NCBI RefSeq assembly: GCF_964194155.1
Contig: NC_135893.1
Coordinates: 19,778,001-19,842,000, forward strand
Source of the DNA: Cetorhinus maximus
Lineage: Eukaryota
Direction: 5' to 3'
DNA: 64,000 bases
Shown here in pieces: positions 35,650-46,629 of this stretch; position 1 is the stretch's first letter; each line of letters opens with the position of its first letter. Made by a program: the position numbers and the translations under genes. The notes under the pieces were generated by a model. That model was not told where the DNA came from. It was given only the letters and a program-made list of their open reading frames with translations, and ran no database searches.

Positions 35650-36249
35650 GGGCAGAATTTTGCCCTTGGTGGGTGGGCTCGGTGGGAGCGGTCGGGAAGC
35701 CGACCTCCGCCCACAATCAGCACTGCACTGCAATTTGACGCTGGCAGACCAATTAAGGTCCGCCCAATTAGAAACGTGAGTGACAGCGGTGAGCACTGCC
35801 TGGGGGGGGGGGGGGGGGTGCTGCGAGTGGGCCGAGCACGAACTTCGCGGATAAACGCTGCATAATCTGCCTGAGGCACGGTGTTGCTCAGGGAGATGAA
35901 GAGATATTTTTTAAAATTCAGAAAATAAAAATGTAATGAAACATGTCCCCTCATGTAACTCTGTCACATGAGCAGGGACATGTTATTAATGAAAAAGTAA
36001 AGTTTTCATTTTATTTTTATTTGCTTTTGGAAACCTCATCCCACCCACTTGGCCTTTTGCCTGCCTGCCAACCATTAGGTTGGACGGGCAGTGAAAATTT
36101 TAAGTTAATTGATAACTTAATGGCCTTAATAGGCCTTTTAATTGTCGGTGGGCACGCTGCCGGCTCCAGCTCGGCCAACATCAATGCGCATCATTTCACG
36201 CTTGAGTGGGTCAGGCGCGCGCCCACCCGCCGACCGAAAATTTCTGCTC
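35650..36249 (-). mobile_element. PIF/Harbinger-type MITE (opposite orientation to the 37039 copy)
   Basis: TIR GGGCAGAATTT / AAATTTCTGCTC, 3-bp flanks AAT/AAC. Internal hairpins acatgtcccc...gggacatgt and cctgaggc...ctcaggga are shared with 37039-37727 and 58188-58899. Confidence 0.75.
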
Positions 36250-37038
36250 AACATGTTAAAGTGCTTTATAAATGAAAATATCATTTTTTTTCTGTAGGAA
36301 GGGTGTTTGAGTTACTTATCTCTCAGAATACATTGCCTGATCTTCTTTTCATAGTAAACTAATGGGTGATCCATGACATTTTTTAAGTGAGGTTGCGGGC
36401 GCCAATTTGTCTTTTACCTTTGACTGTCTTTCTTCGTGACAGTTGCAGGATGCTGGTTGGATTTTTACCTGGCAGGCGAGGGAAAGGATACAGCCTGGGG
36501 TTTTTATTAAGTACAGTAGCAGTTATGGTACTAGACTAGCCGCCCATGAATTCAAATCCTAACATCACATTTCGTGTCACTGAATTTCATACAATTTGAT
36601 GGCCTGGTAGTGGAAAAACAGATGGCTAAAGCTGTCAGATTGAAGTAAATACCCACCTGGTTCACTAAATTCCTTCAGGGAAGGAAACAGTGTGAAAGAG
36701 TCAGGGCCTAGAGCTGGCAGGCAGCGAGTGCATCATCCCTTCCAATGGTGATGAGCTTAACAAGCTGGCAAGAAGGGCAGGCAGATGTTCTGGAGTTCCT
36801 GGGAGACCAGAGGCAGTAGGTCTGATGTTACAGGAGTGCAAACTGTTTGTTAGAGACAGAGAAAGAGACTGGAACCAATCTTACATCTTTTTATTGATGA
36901 AGTTGGTAAGATGTTAATTTTAATTTGTAGTGGGAGATAGGAAATAAGCAGGATGGTAAAGAATGAGACTGTGTGGAGCTGCTGCAGGTTAAATAGTGCT
37001 TTTATAGTTAATGTGGGATTGGTTAATATTAAAACAAT

Positions 37039-37727
37039 GGGGAGAATTTTCATGTCGGCGTGCGGAGGCGGGCCCTACATGCCGATGCGTAAAATGACGC
37101 GTGGTGACGTTGGGCATGCGTCCCGACGTCACCGCGCGTCATTCCAATCTTTCGTTCGGCGGGCGTGCGCCGGAGTCAGCTGCGCGCCCACCGAACTATC
37201 AAAGGCCTGTTAAGGCCATTAAGTAAACCAATTAAACTAATTCTCAACGCTGCCCGGCCGACGTTAAGGTTGGCGGGCAGGCGAAGAGCCCAAATGATCT
37301 TCGTGTTTTGCACGAAACCTCATTCATGGGCAGGATGAGGTTTCATGAAAGTTTTGTTAAACTAATAAATATTTTTCACACAATTCACAAACATGTCCCA
37401 GCTCATGTGACACTGTCACACGAGGGGACATGTCTAAATAATTTTATTCTTTCTTTATTTGAAACTTTCATTTTGAACTTAATGTCCCCTCTGAGGCAGC
37501 TCTGTGCCTCAGGGAGATTTCCGCATGCACGCGAAAGAGTGCAGGCCCTGACTCTCCATTCTCCCCCCGCCCGCACAGGTAGCGCTGAGCGCTACTGGGC
37601 GCGTGTCAAGCTGGGTGGGTCTTAATTAGCCCGCTCGCGTAAAATGGCAGCGAGCAGCCGATCACAGGTGGCAATCGGCTCCATACCCACTCTGACCGGC
37701 CTGCCCGACAGGGAGAAAATTCTCCCC
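37039..37727 (+). mobile_element. PIF/Harbinger-type MITE
   Basis: Perfect 13-bp TIR GGGGAGAATTTTC / GAAAATTCTCCCC; flanks AAT/AGT; several internal palindromes. Confidence 0.85.
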
Positions 37728-38207
37728 AGTGAGCCTGATATAAGTGACTATATGCGATAAGTAGTGGGGACTATGCTCCAGTCCAGTATTTTGTGGTTGA
37801 CTCTTCATAACTTCTGAAGTAGCCTAGCAAGCCACTCAGTTCTTTATGTAGTCTGCCTGAAATGTTACAATCTGAAAACACATTTAGAACAGTATAAGTA
37901 AGTAGGCTATGTGGTGACAAAGTGTTAGGGTGAGCTGTGGACTGCAGATGTCAGGAGGTATGTATGGGGAAGGACAGTTAGCATAGATTAGAAATTGTCT
38001 TTTGTGGTGTTGGTATAGGTGGTGGCAACAGTTGCAGTAGATTGGAGTCTTTAAGGAGAGGAATTGGTGACTGTGCAGGATGGTACCAGAGACAAAGGAC
38101 AAGTGAGTGGCAGTTTAATGCCCTGTTGCACATTTGTTTCCTGAAGTTTTTTTCACTTGTTCATGGGGTATAGGAATCACTGGCTAGGTCAGCGTTTATT
38201 GCCCATC

Positions 38208-38582
38208 CCTGGAGGCATGGCTCCTGTTGTACTGCTACTCTTGGGTGGCGGAGTGGCGTCATAAGCCACCTTTTGAAGGGATAGCCCTCGTCACCCAGCA
38301 GCCATTCATCCAGTCGGGCTGGAGCACTGAAGAGCCTTGGCAGCTAGGAGTGTCTGAGGATGTAAGTGTCATGGGAACTGCTAGGGTACCGTGCACAGAC
38401 TTGCAGAATCTGCATCCCGTGGTCACACACTGTCTGCATGTTCATGGAGTGGAATCCTTTCCTGTTGACAAAGGCACACAGCTCACCCGCTGGTGCCTTG
38501 ATGGCCACATGTGTGCAGTCAATTGCACCTGGACACGGGGGAACCCCGCGATCGCTGCAAAGCCTTTGGCTTGCTCTGCCAA
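38208..38582 (-). pseudogene. PIF/Harbinger (HARBI1-like, DDE_Tnp_4) transposase fragment
   Basis: GAIDCTHVAIKAP...FVNRKGFHSMNMQTVCD...VCARYPSSSHD..ILRHS, then WLLGDEGYPFKRWLMTP and QYNRSHAS; truncated with stops. Confidence 0.88.
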
Positions 38583-38589
38583 TATTAAT

Positions 38590-38928
38590 ATTCATATTCA
38601 TTCAGGAAGTGTGGGTGTCACTGGCTAGGCCAGCATTTATTGCCCATCCCTAATTGCCCTTGTTAAAAGAGAATTTTAAGAGTCAACCACATTGTTGTGG
38701 GTTTTGTGTCACATGTAGGCCAGACCTGGTAAGGGCAGCAGATTTCCTTCCCTAAAGGGGATTAGTGAACCAGATGGTTTTTACAACAATTGACAATGGT
38801 TTTGTGGTCATCATCAGACTTATAATTCCAGATTTTTATTGGGATTTGAACCCAGGTCCCCAGAGCATTACCCTGAGTCTCTGGAATACTAGTCCAGTGA
38901 CAATACCATTACGCCACCAACTCCCCCT
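38590..38928 (-). mobile_element. tRNA-headed SINE; bipartite, sharing both ends with the LINE at 60715-63925
   Basis: A box TGGCGTAATGG, B box GGTTCAAATCC. Body matches 63670-63925; tail gggatgggcaataaatgctggcc matches ~60720-60790. Confidence 0.85.
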
Positions 38929-39394
38929 AACTACATTCCTTCCTTTTCTTTTCTATCCATTGTTCACTAGGCCTCTTTATGATCCATCCCTTCACCACTT
39001 CTGTCCTACTTTCCCCTCTATTCTTCTGAATAGGACTTTGTATGGGCAAGAATACGGGCACCAGATGATATTTACAGAGGTTGAAAGGTGGGAGTGAGTT
39101 GCTGATCCTCCAGAACTGACTTGGAGTCTCCAGGGAATTTGCAGATTAATCTCAAAGATACTGCTGTGAGCAACCCATGAGAAAAAAATCATAGGGGGAT
39201 AAAATTTTAAAATTTTCTTTGAAGACTTCTGTTTATTAGTTGTAAAAATATTGGAGATGCAAGGAGAAAAGGCTGTTTGATTAACAGAAAAAAAACAGAC
39301 AATGAAGTCTTTTCCCTTGCCAATTGGCTGGGATGGCAGGACACTGTGGACGATCAATGGTAAGAATTGAAGGCACGAGGTCAGGTGTTGAAAG

Positions 39395-39905
39395 TTCTAG
39401 GAACGTATTTAACCAGAATTGGACATCCTAGGCGGGAGGCTGGTCAGTTCAGCATATTTGAGAAACAGGTGAGGATTTCAGCTGCAGATGGGCTTAGGCA
39501 TTGGTTGGCTGGATGGTGGTGCAGAGAAAGGCCACATTATGGAGATAGAAGTAGGGGGTCTTTACAATGGCTGAGGGCAAAAGGTTTTGGTAGGGATGAA
39601 GGCATTGGTTTTGGTCTTCCCAATGTTTGTGTGGAACAATTTGCAGCTGTTCCAGGACTTGATATCAGGAAGCAGGCTCACAAAAGGGAGGCAGTGAGGG
39701 TTCGGTAGAAGTAATGGTGAGGCCATCCTGGTTGTCATCAGCATACATATGAAAGTTAACCCCATCTCTGTGGATAATATTGCTAGTTGACAGCATGCAG
39801 TTGAGGAAGAGGAGAGGCCAAGAATAGGCTGCAGGCATTGATTGGAGAATGGAAGAGAAGCCATTGTTAGAGATGTCTTGACTCCAGGTAAGCGTGGAAC
39901 CAAGT
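39395..39905 (-). mobile_element. L2 LINE RT fragment
   Basis: ILG..LF.., HGVNFHMYADD, DIKSW..LF.TNIGKT motifs on the - strand. Confidence 0.75.
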
Positions 39906-40459
39906 GAAGGTAATCCCACTGAGTTGGACAATGTAACGACAGGAAGTACAGCTTGTAGACAAGGAATGAGCGATTTCCATAAGATTTTTAGTATCATAAG
40001 GATTAATTGTGATCCATCAGAATATAAGGATGCATGAATTAGTTGTGTCAAGTGTTATGTATCAACTTCTGCAATCTGGGCTCTGTGAATCTAGACTCTA
40101 GGCTTAGTAAGGCTAACTACATTTACCTCCACATGTAACTGAATATAACAACAAAAAATTATTATACCCCTTTAAATACAAGTTCTTTTAAACTATCTTT
40201 TGACATTTCCAGTATGTTTTTCGGTATTATGGTCTGCAATATTTTCACTATAAACATAATTATTTTGTAATACTTATTTCTTAAAAGCAGCATAATTGCA
40301 GTATCAAACAGACAGGTACTAATATTGAAGGGATACCAGAAAGGATCAAGGCACAACCATGAAAAGGAAAGACTTACATGTATATAGCATCTGGCTGTCC
40401 CTGGGGTAGCTGAATGAATAACACCGAAGTTGAGATGTGGGTATCACTGTGTATTCTAG

Positions 40460-40558
40460 GTCCCTGTGTGGCTGGAGTTGTGGGACATAAGATGCCTCGT
40501 TATTGTCTATTTGGAGATACGGTGAATACTGCATCTCGCATGGAATCCACCAGTCTGC
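40460..40558 (+). CDS. Guanylyl cyclase exon 5 (99 nt)
   Basis: (G)[32 protein letters not shown]; RYC guanine-specific Cys and catalytic N/R. tag| and C|GTAAGT boundaries. Confidence 0.95.
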
Positions 40559-40626
40559 GTAAGTCACCACTGCTTGTGGGCAGTATTGCACACATTAGTC
40601 ATAGTGTTACCCAAACCAGTAACATT

Positions 40627-40925
40627 TACGAACATACGCACATATGAATTAGGAGCAGGAGTAGGCCATTTGGCCTCTTGAGCCTGTTCAGCCATTCAAT
40701 AAGGTTATAGCTGACCTGATTGTAGCTTCAACTCCACGTTTTGCCAACCTCTGATAATCTTTGATTCCTTGTTAGTCAACAATCTACTTCTGCCTTAAAA
40801 TGTTCATTAACTCTGCCTCCATTGCTCTCCTAGGAAGAGAGTTCTAAAGATTCACAACTCTCTGAGAGAAAAAATTTCTTCTCATGTCCGTCTTAAATGG
40901 GAGACCCCTTATTTTTAAACTGTGA
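40627..40925 (-). mobile_element. CR1 LINE 3' end
   Basis: gaattaggagcaggagtaggccatt...ctctgagagaaaaaatttctt...cttaaatgggagacccctt. Confidence 0.8.
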
Positions 40926-41177
40926 TTTCCAAGACAGTTTTATATCTTTTAGTTGGGTTCCTGGGCTCCATTGAGGATTTGAAACGGAGAATAACTGTAA
41001 GCAAACCTTACACTGTGCTCCACTGACCCCCAGCCCCACCACATTCCTCCCACCCCGAGTAAAGCTCTTCACTGAGACCTGGTTTCATCTGTTATTGTCC
41101 AATGAACTGCTATCTGTACCCAGTAGTTTATGCAGCTGTACGGTGCATCATGTAATGTGCTGTTTCCTCTCTTGCAG

Positions 41178-41269
41178 CTCAGAAAATTCACATTAGTTCA
41201 GTTACATTTGCTGCCCTGGCACAGGATGATGCCTATGAAATTGAACTGCGAGGTGAAACTGAACTTAAG
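41178..41269 (+). CDS. Guanylyl cyclase exon 6 (92 nt; not in the ORF track)
   Basis: cttgcag|CT CAG AAA ATT CAC ATT AGT... = (P)QKIHISSVTFAALAQDDAYEIELRGETELK|GTAAAA. Confidence 0.92.
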
Positions 41270-42099
41270 GTAAAATCCAACAGCTTTGCTTCAAGTGAAA
41301 AGATCTGGGGGTTTGTTGTCACATTTACTCCAAATGTTCCTTTTTCAGTCATGTCATTTTAATTTGCTGAAACCACCAATGCATTCCACATACCAATTCT
41401 CAAAGGACTGAGGATAAATATCATACAATGGCACAATGGGATTGTATGGTCACTCAAAGCTCACAGTACAGTGAGCATAGCAACTCATACGTACTGACTC
41501 AAGCTGTCAGTATGAGAGAGTAAAAATATGACAGACTGTACAGGTGACAGACACGCTGTAGCTTTAGTTGGTTTTTAAATGATAATCAGGAAGTGTATTA
41601 AGCCATGTAAAAGAAAGAGGTAAAGTTCTTTCCTCATCTTTATTTGACCTTGAAGCCCAGGATTGTCCCCATAGTATTACGAAATCCAGGACTGTACCAG
41701 AGGAGCTTAACTCCATTTCCTTAACCCTTGTTAACAGCATTAGACCAAGTTAAGTAATTACTATGTAGAGTCTGCTGCTGGAAATAGGACAAGAATGGGA
41801 AGTCCCTTGGTTATGATGCTTTCCACATTCAAATAAACCAACATTCAGTGGCGAGTTTTGAGGAAGAAAAATTTCCACTTGGATGAGACAAAATACTGAG
41901 TGATAGTGAGATTTTCAGACTAAGCTATCAACAAAATTGCCAGAGGAGAGAACTCTGCCATAAAAACAGAAGTATATAAAATATCCTCCAGTATCTTACA
42001 CTGGAATAGGAGTAGAATATTGGTAAGGTTATTCATATGAGCTTCAAATTGTTTTCTTGCAGCTTCTTTTTGATAAGCTTCAGTCTGCTTCTCTGACAG

Positions 42100-42237
42100 G
42101 GAAAGGGGAAAATGAAAACCTATTGGCTGATTGGGAACAAGAATTACAGTGTTCAGAATGACAGCCTTGTCTGTCACTGGAATCCGCGTATCAAGAAGAA
42201 AAATGAGAATGGAGACAGTTTGTCATCAGTACAACAG
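42100..42237 (+). CDS. Guanylyl cyclase exon 7
   Basis: gacag|GKGKMKTYWLIGNKNYSVQNDSLVCHWNPRIKKKNENGDSLSSVQQ|GTGAGA; KGKG.M.TYWL closes the cyclase domain. Confidence 0.92.
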
Positions 42238-42559
42238 GTGAGAGCGAGTAAAGGTAAATCCAACTATAAAAACAAATCATTTAACTCCCTATATCAGGTA
42301 ACATTTCAATATTGGATTCACCATCTGCAAAAATTAAACAGCAAGCATTTCATTCAGTTGGTGGCATAATTATAACACCATGAACATTACCAAAATAAAA
42401 ACAGAGAAGACTGGAAATACTCAGCAGGTCAGTGAACTATCAAGTGACAAGTTAATGTTTCAGGTGTGGAGTCTCCTAATGAAACATTCTGAAATGTTAA
42501 CTTGTCTCTTCTCTCCACAGATGCTGACCGACATGTTCAGTGAGTCCAGCATTTTCTAA

Positions 42560-42988
42560 GAACATAAGAAATAGGAGCACGACTAGGCTATATGGCCCAA
42601 TAAGCCAGTTTTGCCATTCAATATGATTGTGACTGAGCTTCTACATTCACTGTTACTTCTCACCCTAACCCCATTTTCGTTGATTCCCTTAATGGTAAAG
42701 AACAATCAATCTCAGTCTTGAAAAAAGGCATTGACTGAACCTTCACAGTGTCTAGGGAGAGAATTCCAAAAGATTCACAACACTCTGAGTGAAGAAATTC
42801 TTCCTCATTTCAGCCTTAAATGATTAGCCCCTTATCCTGACGTTATGGTCCCCGAGTTCTAAATTCCTCAGCCAGGGGAAACAGCTTCACAGCATTCACT
42901 CTATAAAGCTAAGAATTTTATATATTTCAATAAAATCACCTCTTATTCTTCTAAACTCCATTAAATTTAGGCCCATTCTACTTAATCT
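42560..42988 (-). mobile_element. CR1 LINE 3' fragment nested in a degenerate Penelope terminal remnant (~42395-43020)
   Basis: aagaacataagaaataggagca...attcttctaaactcca. Flanked by gatgctgaccgac...cagcattttct and gtttttatttcagatt. Confidence 0.75.
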
Positions 42989-43569
42989 GTTTTTATTTCA
43001 GATTCCTGGCATTTGCCATTTTTTGCTACCCTCACATTACCAGTTTAGCCAGAGCCTGATGATACCTGGAGTCCTCCAAAAGCAAGGCAGGAGTAAGTGC
43101 AATAAGACACCTTGCAAAAATGATTTATCTCCAGCCGCCAGTGAAAGAAACCCCTCTAAATTGTTCCAGATAATTCCAGCAGATGGCAGTGCTGGCCTAT
43201 ATTAGAACTCCTGTCATGGTGTGATGTATGAGATACAGGCTCAGATTTCTTGCTCTCAGAATTGGGGCTCATCATCTAGTACACTTTCAACTGCCACAGA
43301 TATGGGTCCTTGAACCTGACTCATTTCCATCCCAGGGTCACTACCATATTTGAGGCAGACCACCTCTCCCCTACCTGTTTGTGGAGCAGTCCTGCTGAAA
43401 TGAGGAAGAGGAAGCTTAGAAGGAACTGGCCTTGGAGATTGCCTCTGCCTCTGTTTAGGTGCATTCTGTGACCCCCTTCAACCTGTGTGAGGCCAGGGTC
43501 TGTGAATGCTTGCTCGGGCTCCAGGAGATTCAAGCTCCCACTGCCCCCTGGAGCCAAACAACAAAAAAG

Positions 43570-43970
43570 GTGTATTTATCTAACACTTCTCACAGCCAAA
43601 GGATATTCCAAATTGCTTTCTAGCCAATGAAGTGTTTCCGAAGTGTAATCATTGTAGCAAATTTGTATATAGCAAGCTTCCACAAACAGCAATGAATAAT
43701 GACCAGATAATCTTGGCCAGCGCACCAAGAATAATTCCCCTGTTCCTCTTCAAAGTTGTGCCATGGCATCTTTTACATCTACCTGATGGAGGCAGACTGG
43801 GCCCAGGTTTAATATCACATCTGAAACTCATTCATTCCAACAATACAGCACTCCCTCAATACTGCACTGAAGCATTAGTTTTGATTTATGTGCTTAAGTC
43901 TTGGACTGGGAGTTAAACCCACAATCTACTGACTCAAAGGTGGGAATGCTACCAGCTGAGCCACAGCTGA
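43570..43970 (-). mobile_element. Deu-domain SINE, second copy
   Basis: gtgccatggcatcttttacatctacctga...cagcactccctcaatactgcactg...tgtgcttaagtc...ctgagccacagctga, homologous to 34160-34590. Confidence 0.8.
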
Positions 43971-44391
43971 AACTACAGGGCATAAAGCCTGGGAAACTGC
44001 GAGAGGCAGCCTAAAGATCTAATTATAGGGGATGAAGGGACCCCAGAATTTGAGTCTTTTTGTACTATGTTGAATATATATTTTCAGTATCCATCTTGTG
44101 TTCCTTAAACAAATGAGTAAGAATTTTTAGTGTTAGAATAAATAACCTGATTCCTGCTAAGAATGTTACCAAAATCCAGTTGAGGTCTTAGAAAGGAGAT
44201 TTAAAAGATGTCTCTGACCAATCTACAAATACTCCCCTCCAATGTCTAAAACTTCCCATTTCCAAATCTGAGCTAAGATAGACCGTAATGGTTATACTGG
44301 GCCTAAAGAAAATACAGGAAGGTGATGGGAACCTGAAAAGAAATGGGGAACTACAGTTCTCGGTGCTTTAATCGTAATTTTTTTTTTACAG

Positions 44392-44751
44392 TCAGGTGCA
44401 AGTTCCTTTGTGCAGACACCAAGCAACAGAACCACACCACTTTCCATTATGGAGGTCAGTGCCAATGGGCATGCAGGAGCTAAGAGTGACTGTCTGCAGA
44501 AAGCTGACAGCCAGTTAGCTTTATCATCACTACAATCCAGTGAACATTCACAACCTTACAGTCCGAATTCTGAGAATGGACTTGCGCTGCATGGCAGAAA
44601 CTCAGACCAGGAACAAGAACTCTACCTCAAAAATACATCTTTGATTGAATCAGAACTTTCCACCACCAAACATGATGTGACACAAACTGAGCATGAAAAC
44701 AGACACCTAGAGAAATCAGAACTCCTCCCTGGGTTTGTAAACTTAAGTTAA
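44392..44751 (+). CDS. Guanylyl cyclase terminal exon 8 (Ser/Glu-rich C-terminal tail)
   Basis: Poly-T tract + acag|TCA GGT GCA..., phase 0, in frame with exon 7. Open to TAA at 44749-44751. AATAAA follows at 44920. Confidence 0.75.
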   Translation, partial: SGASSFVQTPSNRTTPLSIMEVSANGHAGAKSDCLQKADSQLALSSLQSSEHSQPYSPNSENGLALHGRNSDQEQELYLKNTSLIESELSTTKHDVTQTEHENRHLEKSELLPGFVNLS

Positions 44752-44919
44752 TGAAGGAAAACAGCCACAATTACAATCTCTGCCATAGCGTTTTTAGATT
44801 TTATTGACGCTGAATTGTACTTGGTATGTGGATGAAGTGGTATCTATTGACTGGCTGTAGTTGCCCTGAGGGAATTAATATTCACTTTGGGTTGGGGGAG
44901 TTTTTATTTTCCACATTAG

Positions 44920-44925
44920 AATAAA
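44920..44925 (+). terminator. Polyadenylation signal of the GC gene
   Basis: AATAAA ~170 nt after the predicted stop. Confidence 0.45.
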
Positions 44926-46488
44926 GTGGATAATAGCTAATCAGCTGCCTGTTATATAGCACTGACTTCATTGGAGATTAAAAACAGGAGGATGCATAAC
45001 ATGCGGCTGAATCAATATCACTCGTTTCATACTATTTCCCAGAGTCAAAATGACCCCAGTAAAATGGGACTGGCGTTACATGTAGGCTAGACTGAGTAGA
45101 GGCTGTAGGTTCCATTTCTTGAAGAACATCAATTAATCAGTTGGGTTTTTATAACAATCTGGCAGCTTCAGAGGTCACTTTTCTGATTTATTGAATTCAA
45201 TTTCACAACATATCACAGTGGGATTTGAACTCATGATGTCTGGGTTGACAGTCCAGTACCAGGTTATCAAATACTACCACGCTATTACCTGTGTCAACAC
45301 ACACCTTCCACCATCAGTACACTTTGTTGATACTTGTATTATATATAATTGATAGATTTTACCATCTCACATGGACCATGTTATAAGTACATGTTACTAA
45401 CATACCATGTAGCTGAATGTTTCCTACATTGGGCTAACTCATTTTTTTGCAAGAACAAATTTAGTCTGGTGCAATAACATTTTATTCCTGATCTATTAAG
45501 CTCATTTTGCAATGTGAGAGGTGGAAGGGATTTGAACTAATGTTGATGTGAAGAGAGCTGTGGAATAGTGTACAGGTATAGCAGGATACATTTACTCATA
45601 GTGGATTATGTTTGTCTTTTAGCTTAACTTTGTTTACACTGCACCTTCAGTTTTGCTATAAGTAGGAGCTATGAATACCTGCAGGAGTTCTCACTCAGTC
45701 TGTGTCTGATTCCTCATGGAGTATTACCCCAATGCAGTGACACCCAAGCATGTTTCTGTAAATCTGTTTGGAACTAGATTAAATGTTCAGACAGAGGTTG
45801 GGGGGCATCCATGGTGTTTAATCATTTAGGAGAGAATGTTTGTGTGAGACTCTCACTTCACCATCCCACAACTACAACTGAAGAGATACAGAAACCCTGG
45901 AACAACAATGTAAATGACGTTTAATCTAGGGTATTCACAGCTCTTCTGCTGAATTTAAGGCAGTTGAGGGAGAGAACCTGGTGGACATTCATTGCTTAGT
46001 GCAAGTGTAGCTATAGGACAATAATTCAAGACAAATATTAATAGGGTAAGGCTAGGGTCAAACCTATCCTGGATTAAATGTTGAAGGCTCAAACCCAACT
46101 TGGAGCAAGCCTTCACTATAACTACTTTAAAACCAGGGGCTACATAATAAACACAGTGTGGCTATTTTCAGATCAACATTTTTCCCACGTAAAGGTCAAT
46201 TAGCAATGCACCTTGGTCATAGAATTAACAAATCATTTAGCACAGAAAGAGGCCATTTGATCCATCATGCCTGTGCCAGGTCATTTCAGGCAATGGATTC
46301 CAGATCATAATTTATGCACAAAGATATTCTCATCTTCCCTCTGGTTCTTTTCCAATTATCGTAAATCTGTGTCCTCTGGTTACTGAACCTTCTGCTGGTA
46401 GAAATAACCTCTCCTCATTTAGCAGTCTCTTGCTTTGGTACTCTATGTTTATGAAGTCAGGGATCCCACATGCTTTTTAATTGACTTT

Positions 46489-46629
46489 GGCCGGAATTTT
46501 CCAGCCACCTTCCCCCTGCCCCACACACACCACCCCCACCCCACTGGGGCTAGCAAGCCATTGACATCTCCATTCCCATTGACAGGACCAAAAGATCCCT
46601 CTGGCATGAGGGGCTAGAAAATTCTGGCC
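46489..46629. mobile_element. 141-bp Harbinger-like MITE in a CR1 remnant
   Basis: TIR GGCCGGAATTTTC / GAAAATTCTGGCC, flanked by TTT on both sides. Confidence 0.7.

Noticed and set aside
38208-38601. Host HARBI1 gene exon
   Set aside because: Truncated, contains stops/frameshift, lacks splice boundaries and is embedded in SINE tails; a transposon relic.
20810-44751. Conventional NPR1/NPR2/GUCY2 or soluble GC (GUCY1A/B) assignment
   Set aside because: No signal peptide, ANF-receptor, kinase-homology or H-NOX/PAS exons. TM2 leads directly into the signalling helix within one exon, so no gene symbol was assigned.
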